Shown here piece after piece: positions 1 to 11,241 of a stretch of 64,000 bases of DNA; the stretch's first letter is position 1; every line of letters begins with the position of its first letter. A program made the position numbers and the translations under genes. The notes beneath the pieces were generated by a model that was not told the origin of the DNA, did no database searches, and saw only the letters and a program-made list of their open reading frames with translations. Source of the stretch: Selaginella moellendorffii (Eukaryota; Plantae; Lycopodiophyta); assembly GCF_000143415.4 (NCBI RefSeq), contig NW_003314342.1, positions 99,299-163,298 on the forward strand, read 5' to 3'.

Positions 1-199
1 AAAACCGTTGGAGATTCTTGCTTGATGATTTAGCTTGATTGTATAGCATAGGATAGTGAATAGGAATCTTAGGTTGATCATACTCTTTTGGCCTTTCATA
101 TTCTCTAGGCCTATTATAACTTCTGAGTTATCATATTCTTTAGGTCAATTATACTCTTTAGGCCTATTTTCCTCATGGCTAGGTGAATAATCTCAAAAA

Positions 200-1700
200 T
201 TACCCTTAGGTGGATAATCCTGATGGTCATGTAGCCTTTTAACACATGAGTATTCACATTTAGCACTTCGATTATCATTATAATCATTTTTCCTACAATA
301 ACTTTTATCATCAAATGGATAGTTTTGCCTACATGTTGTTTTATTAACTCAGGCTTCCTGTTGGCCTCCTAATTATTTAAACAAGGTTTTACACTCTTCT
401 TATTTTCACAAAATTAGTACTTGATTAGTTAAACTTTGCATTCTTCTTTGTTATGGCTTTTATTTTTGCATCTAGTACACCAAATCCCTTATTTAAGATT
501 AGTTTGTAATTTGAGGCTCCTTAAACAACTAGTTTCCTTATCTATAGAAGTTGTGTTTTTATCTAACTTCACTATATCTACCATGTCATATTATTTTATG
601 ATATCTTAGTAGACAATCATGACTCTTTTCAAATCATCAAAATTTGTATGATTTATCGCATATTCACCATATCTACCATATCATATTATTTTATGATATC
701 TTAGTAAGCGATCATGGCTTTTTTCAAATCATCGAAATCTGCATGAGCTCTCTTTATCATATATTCATGATAAATTTTCTTGAGGCTCTATATGTATAGG
801 CATAGGCACATTTTGTCTAACACTAATATTTATAACGCTTGTTAAATCAAGTTGTATATTCCTCGATTGTCTCAAATTTTGCTTGATGAAGTTTTTGCAA
901 CTCATCATAATTTTCTCTTAGGTTTGTTTCCATAATGAAAGCTTTTAGGAAAAAATTTATTTGCTCATCAAATGTGCGAAGATTTTTAACATCACTATTA
1001 TAGTACCAATCTTTGACTTTATTTTTGAGTGTATAGGGGAAAAATTCTTTTTTTACCTATTTGCTTGATTGAGCTTAATTTCTTCTATATTACTTAATAT
1101 GTAGTTGTAGGTCCTCTCCTTTAATTTCAGAAAAAGATGGATATGTAATGATGGTGCCTATTGTTGTTCCTGCAATTGCTATTGTGTTTATTACAATTTG
1201 ATAGGAAATGCTCTATTTTGTAAATAATATAAGCAAAACAAATGTTTAGTTCATAAGGGAACCTAAATCACCATCAAAGGGTAAGGGTTGTAAATTTAAT
1301 GCTTCTTTCTCTTGTGGGGAATCATTTCAGTTGTTTTGTATTCCATTACTCTCAGTTGAAATAGAGGCATTTTCTATGTGCCAATGTTGCCAAAGAGGAG
1401 TAGTGTATGGATTCACATATACTAGATAACCATCAAAGTCATATTTGGATTTTTGATCTCCTCTTCGTTGAGGTGTACCCAATATGCTTTTAGCTCACTC
1501 TCTTTCAAGTTTTTCTTTAGTTTGATTGAGCAATGATTTAGTCTTTTCTAAAGGGAGGTTAAAAGATCACAAATATCATGAGCAAGTGCCTTGTAATTTC
1601 ATTCTAGATCTTGTGAATATTTCTTTTCAAACTACCTTTTGCTCATCAGATTGCAAGAGAAATATTGTATATCTATTATTTTGTTTAGTATAGACAATGA
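200..1700 (-). mobile_element. Degenerate LTR-retrotransposon (Ty3/Gypsy-like) gag remnant
   Basis: Minus-strand translation gives a CCHC zinc knuckle CTRCKNKSHNKEEC (~438-480) and a retrotransposon-gag-like FFPYTLKNKVKDWY (~1000-1047); many stops; boundaries approximate. Confidence 0.65.
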
Positions 1701-2690
1701 CAATTTTATACATAGAGATTATGTCATTTAAAATTTTATAGGTATGATCAATTGTTGGTGTATACCTATATATGTAGCGCATGCTATCATTCTCCCCTTA
1801 AATCAATTGGCAAAAGCGTAATTGCTATATAAGAGAGCCCTTAGTGGCTATTTTATCCCCATTTATCCCCTAATGTTCCAAGGATCTACAACGACAGTAT
1901 ATCCAAATCTCATTTTATGATCACATGCGCTATAATATTTTGAAGCTTGTTCGTGTTACTACTATGGCAAGCCTAATTATTATGCCTCGTTTGTGGAGTG
2001 AGTGGTACAAGGCTTTGGTATACAATGTATCCCTCTTGTAAATTGGCATATCAATCACTCTTAGAAGTAAGTATTTAGCTTTCCAACCAATTTCAAAATA
2101 GGGACAACTTTCTTCTAGAGGCCAAATATCTAGAACATTTTTTATACAAAAGTTCCAAAAATTTCTCGAGCAACAAACATTATTTTTCAAAGCATATCTA
2201 TTTTGCTCAAAAGTAGTCCACTTTAAAAGATTTTTACTCCACAAAATTTTGTTGACTACCAATTCAAATTTTAGAATTGATCCAATGTCTATTAACCCAA
2301 TTATCACCAAGTGTATTTTTGCTTATGGGTATCCAAGCTTTATTGTGAACCATTAAAGTTCTCACAATAGCTTTTTTGCTTAAAGATTGCATAAAATTTA
2401 GCAATTCTCAGAATTTTATAAATCCTTTGCAGATTATAATATTCAGGATTTGCATCTTAGGTAACTCCACAGATATAAGTCTCATTTATTCTGTGTACCT
2501 ATAAAGTATTATCACACTTTCTTTGACAATAGTAAAGATACAAAGAGTCAAACTTCTATATACCTTGAGCAGAATATTGTCAGGTATTTTCCTCTATAAT
2601 TTGTCGAGCTGTTTAAGAAATTTTTTTAAATTTATCATTCACTGGTCTAATTAGGCATACAAGATAGTTTAATTTTTTCTTTCTTATACT

Positions 2691-3271
2691 TGTAAGCTCC
2701 TAAATTTAGTCTTCCCGAGAGGTCACCCAACCCAATACTATTCAAACCAAAAGATGCTTAACCCTAAATATCCCAAGACCCTTAACCGATTAGAAAAAGG
2801 GATGCACTCTTGTTCATGGGCCCTTTCCCTTTATATTTGAACCCCATGTATCGTCTCTTAAATCATTCTTTTTGGTTGCTTACAATTTACCATGCTTCCC
2901 TACAAGTTCACGCCCTCGTAAATGGAAGCTGAGAGCCATAGCTCTCCCGAAAGCCCCGCTCTCTTGACACCCTACCCTTCGAGTCAAACCCAATGGAAGT
3001 AAACTGGACCAACCAGATGTCAATCAACATATGGTGTGATTCCCCCAGCCAACCAATAGAGTCAGACCTAAGACAGGTTTGATACTAAATGTAAGCTCTT
3101 GAATTTGGTCTTCCTGAGAAGTCACCTAGCCCAGTACTATTCAAACCCAAAGACGCTTAACCCCAAATATTCCAAGACCTTTAACTAATTGGAAAAGGGG
3201 GTGCACTCTTGTTCATGGGCCCTTTCCCTTTATATTTGAACCCCATGGATCGTTCTCTTTGGTTGCTTACA
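2691..3271 (-). mobile_element. Cassandra-type TRIM (non-autonomous LTR retrotransposon with 5S rRNA-derived LTR core)
   Basis: Two direct LTRs (2691-2884, 3090-3271), each TGTAAGC...GCTTACA; perfect 5-bp TSD ATACT (2686-2690, 3272-3276); 205-bp non-coding interior; degenerate Met-PBS-like TTAGTATCAAAC next to the right LTR on the minus strand; each LTR carries a 5S rRNA internal-promoter segment. Confidence 0.9.
3107..3161 (-). other. 5S rRNA-derived internal control region (A box-IE-C box) within the Cassandra LTR; second copy 2709-2762
   Basis: Minus strand GTTAAGCGTCTTTGGGTTTGAATAGTACTGGGCTAGGTGACTTCTCAGGAAGACC aligns by eye to plant 5S GTTAAGCGTGCTTGGGCGAGAGTAGTACTAGGATGGGTGACCTCCTGGGAAGTCC; not a full 5S gene. 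Confidence 0.85.
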
Positions 3272-4689
3272 ATACTTTTTCTTAGTCACATAGAGTGGGG
3301 ATTAACCAACTTTTGTCTAAGTCTATAAGAAAAATATATCTTCTAATAAGTGTGATGGATTGCTGATAAATACTTTTATTTTGTCTACCCCAATTCCCTT
3401 ATTCAACTTCTATCAGGAATGTGGAGGGTTGTCAATCCTTAATCTCTCTGCCTAGGTATGTATGAGGATTTTTCCTTTCTGCTTATGCTTAGTATGGTTA
3501 AGATTAATTCAGTGCAAAGACTCTAGCATGTGATAGTTAATTCTAGAGTAGCTTGTTTGCTTCACAGTGGGTCTTACCCTTTAGCTTATAGTCAACCTTG
3601 CCTTTACAATTATGGAATTAGAAAAAGTGGTTTATTGCTCTTGGTAAATTTTAGACAAACTAGATCAACACTAAAGACTAATTTATATGGGGCGTGGAGA
3701 CCATTCCGTGAAATTGCCTTATGAAATTAATACAAAAGTCAAATTGTCTAGTGATGATAGCCTGTTGTAGATCAATTTGCTTATAGAATGATGTTAAATA
3801 GCTTTTCAAACATATGATAGCTAATTTATGGAAAACTTTGCTTCAGATCTAGACAAAAATTGTTTTTCAAAGCAAATTGACTGGAAGAGGATCAAGTATG
3901 CACTGCTTGCCTCATTCGACTAATGATTGACGCATCACAGGGAGATCCATTGATCTGCTTCTTTGGTTTGTACTTCGACATGTACAACCTCAAGCACTCA
4001 TCTTCTATTTAGAAGAGAAACCACAAGAGGATATATATATTTCATGGATACACTTTTCAGGTATGAGAAACATAGCTTTGGGTTGGAAATCCCTAGCCTA
4101 ATCAATAATAGTCTCTTTGCATCACTCCTAACAGATTGGGCCTAGAGAATAACAAAAAAAATTCAAGAGCTAGCCCTCTACCCTTTGAGCTCGTGGAAAG
4201 TACCCTTGCATGGAGGTGGCAGCTGGTTAAACTTCAGAAGTTAGCTTGTCTAGAGGACCTCCTGTTGCTCTTGCTTCCTTGCCACAAAATCACACTTGCA
4301 AACACATGTCCAAACATTGAACTACAATGTAGTTCTCAAAACAACATCTTTTTGCCAAAACTGTCAGTCAACTATATAGTCAACTCTTTGTAGTCAATGT
4401 GATGACCATTATTAAAATGTTTTGAATTTATAAACACAAGATTAGTCTAAATAAATATGAACAATTAGATTATAGAATATTCAAGAATACCCAGGTATAT
4501 CCTATGTTGGTTTGCTTAGAGACGTTATGTGACCATCACTGTCATTTTCTGTGTGGTGATAGTGATAAAATGCTGTATATGTAACCATCATACACATCAG
4601 ATTATTCTAGAATATTCCAAAATCAAGTTACCATTGAGTCAGTGCTGATTTGTCATTGATTAATGCCACATCATTAGGGTTCATGTGGG

Positions 4690-5980
4690 ATGAATAGGGC
4701 AACGGTTGTGGTTTCTATGGTTGTTGTGGCTGCTATTGCAATTGATCAGTTGGTTGTTGTTTATAGAAGATCTAGAAAGCATCTTAGAGAAGATCTTGAG
4801 GATGAGAGGCTTGAAACTACTCTTTACCAACAATTAGTGCTAGTGTATCATCACATGTGCTTGGTAGTAGTTGAGAGTTGGTTCCAATTGAACTTCTTTC
4901 GGGAGGGAGATTTCTATATCAGACTAAGGTCTCTTCATTGGTTTTGTCATTGGGTGGATAAGGTTGGAATGCAAGATCCAACAAGGTGGAGAGAGTTCTT
5001 CAGAGTTTCTGAGGAGCAGTTTATGACAATCTGCAAACTTGTTACTTTGTTAATGCAAACAGCACTGCCTCCAAATTTGAAAAACATTCCATCTAGATAT
5101 GTTCTTGTTGGTAAACAAGTTGCCATTGCTTTACAGAGATTAGTTTTAGGTGATTCTTTTGCTAGTTTGACAGAGCATTTTGGTGTTTCTAAAGCATTTG
5201 TCCAGAAGTATTGTTAGAAGTTCTCCGACTCCACATTCTAGCATCTAGGACAATTTCTTGTATGGCTAGTAGATCGGTCAATAGTAAAAATAGGTTTTGA
5301 GAGATTTTGTGGCTTCTTGAATTTCTATGGTGCAATTGACTGCATGCATTTTGAAGTTGAACTTCCTGGAAACACTTTTGCAAATAATTATTACAAGGAC
5401 AAGGATAACTCAATTGTCATGCAAACAATCATTGATAGTGAAGCAAGGTTCTTGGATATTTGAGTTGGAGATCCTGGGAGTTGCAATGACATAACTATTT
5501 TAAGGAAGAGTTCATTCTATAGAAGAGCTCAATCAAGTGAAATTCTTAACGAACCAATAGTCTCAAGAGGCCAATACCAATTTTGGGAGTATATCATTAG
5601 AGACTCAGGATACTACAAGCTTTCGTGGTTAGACCATTTCCAAGTGCAAATGGAATTAAATTGAGGGAAGCATTCAACTTTTACTTGTTGTCTTTGAGGA
5701 TGGTATGTGAGAGAAGTTTTGGATTGCTTAAAGATCGTTGGAGGATGTTTAGGAAGTTGGTTAAAGTTGAGACCATCACTCAGCTAACAATTGCCATAAA
5801 AATAGCTTGCATTCTGCATAACTTCATTATTGGTATAGGTGACATAGGGGAAATAGACGTTGAGCTTGAGCTAGTGACTAATCAACCACAAGACTAGCGA
5901 CTGGAACCTCATGTCACTACTACAAAGCTTAGAAACATTCTCATTACTTATGTAGTAGACTTAAACAAATCCACTTGAAG
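4690..5980 (+). pseudogene. PIF/Harbinger DDE transposase (HARBI1/DDE_Tnp_4-like), disrupted
   Basis: Motifs WREFFRVS, QVAIALQRLVLGDSF...FGVSKA, GAIDCMH, PGSCND, DSGY, CERSFGLLKDRWR, ACILHNF across ORFs 4690-5217 and 5625-5897; internal stops and frameshift. Confidence 0.88.
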
Positions 5981-6059
5981 CTCATGAATTTATTTATTTT
6001 AGCGTGCTCACAAACTCAAGTTTTGTTTTATTTTTCAGGGTTTTAACTTAGAGATTTCA

Positions 6060-6670
6060 GTATAGGGCTTGAACGCAGGCACAGCAAGGAACCTGGCTGA
6101 GAGCATAGAGAGGGGGGCTATGATGAGTTTAGAGTCACAGCTGCTGCCAATGTTGGTCTGATTCTAACATTCAGGTTCATTTCCGTTCTCCTCATAGGGA
6201 AGGTTTTACAATGATTAAATGATTGTGTGTTGAGTCGTCTGGCGGCAAGAGGAAGAGGGAAGAAAATGATTTGGAATGGCACTGCAGAAGACGCTTAGAA
6301 ATGCAGCTTGAGGCTGGTGATGCAAGGGAATGCAGCTTGAGGCCATTGAAGCTGTTCTATCACTAGAAGTTGGGATCCTACTTGGTCTCCCAACGAATTC
6401 TTCAAAATTCCCAATGAATTCAGTGGTAGGGCAGGTGGTAGAAGGCCTGGATATTGTCCAGAAGATTGCGAGTACCAGGGTGGTCAAAGATAACACAAGC
6501 AATCTTTACTTCCAGTATGTATTTTCTTCTCTTCGTTCCTTGGGAAAAATCTCATCTTGAATCCCCATAGCATTGCCAAGCTTATAGGCGATACCTGAGC
6601 AGTGGTCACTGAGAGGGGATTCAATCAACCATACACAAAGATTGTCATTTCGCAGTGTGGCATTCTTAGT
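6060..6670 (+). pseudogene. Captured 3' fragment of a CYP26-2-like chloroplast cyclophilin gene, intron retained
   Basis: VVGQVVEGLDIVQKIASTRVVKDNTSNLYF, then a GT..AG intron (~6516-6570), then IAKLIGDT*AVVTERGFNQPYTKIVISQCGIL; resembles the C-terminus of plant CYP26-2; premature TGA. Confidence 0.72.
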
Positions 6671-6899
6671 ACTTACTCTTGCAAAGTTCTTTCTTTCCTT
6701 TCAATCTAACTCTGATCCATTTGTGTTTCTATTGCCAGACAACTAATACAAACAGCTTCATGTGAACACTCGTGTCCTTCCAACAAGAATGCTCTATCTA
6801 AATTGATGGAATTGATCCAAGGATATTGGCAGTGGCAATGCAAGGTGGGAATGCTGGGCCTAGAATTGTTGATCAGGTAAATCATCACATCTTCATCAG

Positions 6900-7855
6900 T
6901 TCATCATCTCTCTCATCGCTTTGGAGATAGTAATTAGTAACACTGTAAACTACAAAAGTGAAGTTCATGAATAAGATAATGAATTGACTTACCAAAAAAT
7001 CAGCAATTGCAAACACCTTCTTCAGATTATGACAACAAATTTCCTTCTAGCTATTTTCCATTGTATCAATGAGGCTCACATTGTTGTCACACAGCGCTCC
7101 TGCAAATTGTTTTGCAAGTTGTGTGCAGGACTTCTTCCTCAACTGGCCTGAACTATGCTTTTCAAGATTGTTGTTATTTTTTGACATTGCCAAAAGTGAT
7201 TATAAACAAAAACTACAAAACATACCTTTAGGCTTTAATTCTCCATATGGAGGTAATAGTGATCATTGTTGTGAAGCTCTTGGTGTCGGTAATGATGATT
7301 GTTGGGATGTAGATGGTGAAGACATTGATTCCTATGTCTGTCTCTGTGAATTTATAGTTTGACAGTCCTAAAGCCACTTGTCCATCATTGCATAGAGTTG
7401 ATCATTGAACTTTGGTGGTATATCAGCTTCATGACGTTGCTCTGTTGTCATGTTTCAGTACTGATTTTGCCAGTAAGAACATGATATTCATATGACTTGA
7501 TTTTGTTGAACTCTTTGTAGATATACTCCCAATAAGATTGGCATTGCCCAGGCAAACAATTAACACCATGTGTCAAACAGTAGCTGAAAACTTAGTGAAT
7601 GACTGGAAGTCTAAAAAATCCAAAACTTACTTGGAAACTTGCTGCCAATGAATGCTTGTAGTCTTGTGCCTTTTAAATGCTACCTCGCTGCTGTAAGAAG
7701 AAGTCATGTTTCTTTGCTTCATTTAGAGCCAACAATTCATTTAAAGACCAATACCCTCGATTTCTAGTTGGTTTTAAAGGCTTTCGTGGAGTGGGAGCAG
7801 TAAAATTCCCCCTGCTAAATTGAGAACCATCATACAAAAAAAGTTTTGCTGACAT
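6900..7855 (-). pseudogene. Harbinger ORF1 Myb/SANT (trihelix-like) DNA-binding protein, degenerate
   Basis: RNRGYWSLNELLALNEAKK and downstream NMTTEQRHEADIPPKFNDQLYAMMDKW are trihelix/Myb-like; convergent with the Harbinger nuclease as in two-ORF PIF/Harbinger elements. Confidence 0.65.
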
Positions 7856-9638
7856 TGAGTGGAGAACACAATCTCTAAATTGTTCAACTATTGCTCTACC
7901 ATTCTACTCAAGACTCTAAAACCAAATAACTGCCACATCAGCATTTTAACTTGCTATTGCAAGTTTCATGGTAGTCAACCAACTGAGCTAGTTTTGAAAA
8001 ACATTTAAATTGATTTCACTGTCACAATGCCACTATTAAAAAAATGATGGTGACAGTGACATGTACTAAGGCAATGTTACTTCAAATTGCTGATGTGGCC
8101 ATCACAATTTGACTGTGATAGTAAAATATAGTGCCTACATTGAAGAAATACTCAAAACTGAAGCTATAAAAAGATAGGTATTGTGGAAAAATAAAGAATA
8201 TAAAAATATGATATGTGTGCAAATAGGTCATACACCTTGTGAAAGAATCATTTGCATGTCTGGAAACCATAATCTAATGTGACCATCATCTTCTATTTAT
8301 GCAATCAGCTGTTTGGTGTTCGTTTGCAAATAGCCTACAAAAAAAAACATCTATTAAAATAAATATTTGAATTGTAAAGAATACTTGAGGAATGCATAAA
8401 AAATATGATCTTATATAACACTTTTTCTCCATCTAGCATGTCATAGAGGACAAAGTAGCAATCTATTTAAATTATAACTCAATGTAGATTGAAATAACAA
8501 CTAATTATCCTTGTCTCAAAAGGAATCCTGTATTTGGAATGATGCTAGACTGAAAGATTAAAGGGAACTGAGTCTAGTATTCCTAAGAGTTTAAGAATGA
8601 TTAAGATTGTACTCCAACATGATAGTTTTGAAAACTTTCATATACTTATATTCCATGATATTGGAAGAGAAGGGAATAGTTGGTCACAAAACATTTTACA
8701 AAGTGCTAGTTGTCATTGAAGAAGCAATATTCCCTTATACTTGCTTTATAATTATTTGTGACAACATGCAGAATAGAAAGAAAGTTTTCAAAGGGATAGG
8801 AAATGGCACTTGTAATCTTTCTTATTTCCAAATGGGAGCTAGAACATAGATTTGGATGCCTTGAGAGGCGCACTCTGCTTGCGCCATGTCAAACTTCTCA
8901 TCATCAAATTACTTAGCTATCCTTCATTATGCATCCCTATATATCCCTATACTAATTCCTAAAGCTCTCCAAAAATTTGGTTCTTGACAGGTATGGCATT
9001 GACTTTGTGGAAGATTTGATAAATTTCCTTGTAAAATCGCCTTGCATACATGCTTTGCAAAGAGCAATCCATTCAACATAGATTAAGCCCATCATAAAAG
9101 TGGGCCAATTGTCTTTAAATTTAATTCTCTGTATCAACATCCAATGGAGCCTTCGTAAATATCAAGAATGGGCTGAGGCCCAGCGGAGAGGATAACATAT
9201 GGAACTCAGAGAGGAGAACATATGAAGCATGTCGGGAGGCAACGAGGGAGATAGGATACAAGGAAGGCAATGGGAACGAGGTATCAATGAGCCCATCTCC
9301 ACCTGCGCCTCAAACGCAAGCATTTCACACCACTACTTCCCACTTTCAACAGGAGCTCATGATAGACTCTCACCGGCATGGTCTTGAGAATCTGGATTGC
9401 CACGCCTAGCATGGCACTGATGTGGAGCAGGAGGAGCGCAGTGCTGCTGCTCAAATTCACAACAGCAGCGTTGGATCTTGCGTTGCTGGCTATAGCAAAC
9501 CCACTGCACTTAACACTCCAGATAGATTTCTGAAGACTCTCCTATGCCCAATCTCTGTGCGTCCCGCTCTCCATCCATGGGGGATGGGGCGGCTCACGGA
9601 ATGGCTGGATATCAACGATCGATGTTTGGGTCAACACA

Positions 9639-10990
9639 TCAAGTCTGAACTGCTCTGAAGATGTTCTCCAGCATCACATAAGGCAATGCATCACTCACAA
9701 GGCTGGACTGGCACGTAAATTCCGCAGCATGCATCCCTCGATTCATCTCCCCGTGGTTTTTGCACGCGGTAAGAAACGTTGCCCATGCAACTCCATCTGC
9801 TGGCAAAGGCATATTCTCCAGGACATCCTCGGCCCCTTTCAATCGCCCTAGTCGTCCGAGAGCATCAACAATGCAGGCGTAGTGGTCTTGCGAAGGATCC
9901 AATCCATTGTCAAAGCTCATTGCCGTGAAGTAGCTTACTGCTTCCTTGACGAGCCCCAGACAGCTACACGCCATCAAAACGATGGCAAACGCTGCCTTGT
10001 CGGGGCCAAAGCCGTGAAGAAACATCGCCCAGAAGAGCTGGATCGCTGCCCGGTCTGGGCATATGCTGCAAGAATCGTGTTTCAGGAGACCAAGTTCCAA
10101 GTTGGCATCTCATCGAACGATTTCTTAGCATCACAAATATTTCCATCTAGAGCATATACCACTAGAAGTGTGTTCCATGAATAGGAATCCCAGCAGCAAA
10201 CCAAAGAAAACGCCCGGATCGCCTCTTTGAAACGACCTCTCTGGGCATAAACAGCGATTATCGCGTTCCATGAAACAAGATCTCTGTGTGGCATTTCTTC
10301 AAACAAGTGTTTTCCTTGATCAGCATCACCGTTTTGCGCGTATGACTTGATCATAATCGTCCACGACAGTACGCTGTGCTGAGGCATCCTATCAAACAAA
10401 CTCTTGGCTTGAATCAAATCCCCATTTTGGGCATAGCAGCAGTGCATCGCCCCCCAGAGGATCGCGTTTCGGTGGACAATCTCCTGGAAGACATCCTCCG
10501 CCTCCTCCACGAATCCATTCTCCGCAAACATGACGAGCATCACCGCGCGAGTGATGCTGTTCTTCTCGGGCATGGAATCAAACGCGGCCTTCGCATCGCC
10601 CACTCGCTCGCGCTGCGCGAAACCCTGCACGAGGATCGTCCACGCTACCACATTCGTCTCGGGCATCATATCCAGCACTTCTCTCGCTCGCCCAATCTCT
10701 CCGCCGCGAGCAAATCCCCGCAGCAGCGTCGCCCACGTCTTGCAGTTCCTCTCGGGCATCGCGATCCAATCCGCCCGCAATCGCCCAGCGCCTTGACCAT
10801 CGCAGTGGAGGAAACTACGTTCCACACCGCCATTCGATCGAACTCCCCCGGATGCCCACTCTCGGCATACGCGGTCACGAGCGCCGTCTACGACACGATG
10901 TTCTTGGCCGGCAAAGCATCAAAGATCCTTGTCGATTCCTCCAAAGCCCACACCGCGCGTAGACAACCAGCGTTTCATCCCACCAAGACG
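9639..10990 (-). pseudogene. PLS-class PPR-E pseudogene
   Basis: PPR motifs split over frames 10666-10878, 10082-10825 and 9639-10100; NLVS-TGA in place of NLVSW plus frameshifts; E-domain HYACIVDALGRLGRL...WATFLTACKNHG. Confidence 0.85.
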
Positions 10991-11241
10991 ATGCCTTGTG
11001 AGGTACGCGCGCCATATTTTAAATCCGGGAGATTATTCGAGGTATCACAAGGCCTTTGCTTTTATTTGTTACACTGTAAAGAGTTTCCTTTCTCTAGCAA
11101 CTTTAAGGAGCTTCCTCGCTTCGCTCGTGGCTCCAAAGAATCACCCCAGCCAAAAAAAAATTCCTCCTTCCACGACTACTACTTCGCTACACTGCTCTAC
11201 CAAAATCCACCCAGCAACACTACTTACTTGTGGAGTGTGAT

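Larger units (their letters stand above)
1850..4390 (-). mobile_element. Highly decayed LINE (non-LTR) reverse-transcriptase remnant, interrupted by a Cassandra TRIM
   Basis: Minus-strand fragments resemble LINE RT motifs (INGSP...RMRQ..C.L.PL near 3960-3880, degenerate YADD near 3780, YLG near 3455); heavily mutated. Confidence 0.4.

Noticed and set aside
2709-3161. Two 5S rRNA genes
   Set aside because: Only a diverged ~55-nt internal segment, embedded in LTRs bounded by a TSD; this is a Cassandra-type TRIM
4390-8300. Harbinger TIRs near 4390 and 8040-8070
   Set aside because: Only loosely complementary motifs; no convincing TIR/TSD pair, so element ends were left undefined
8855-9325. Possible MITE bounded by GAGGCGCA / TGCGCCTC
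   Set aside because: Only 8 bp of perfect inversion and no TSD found
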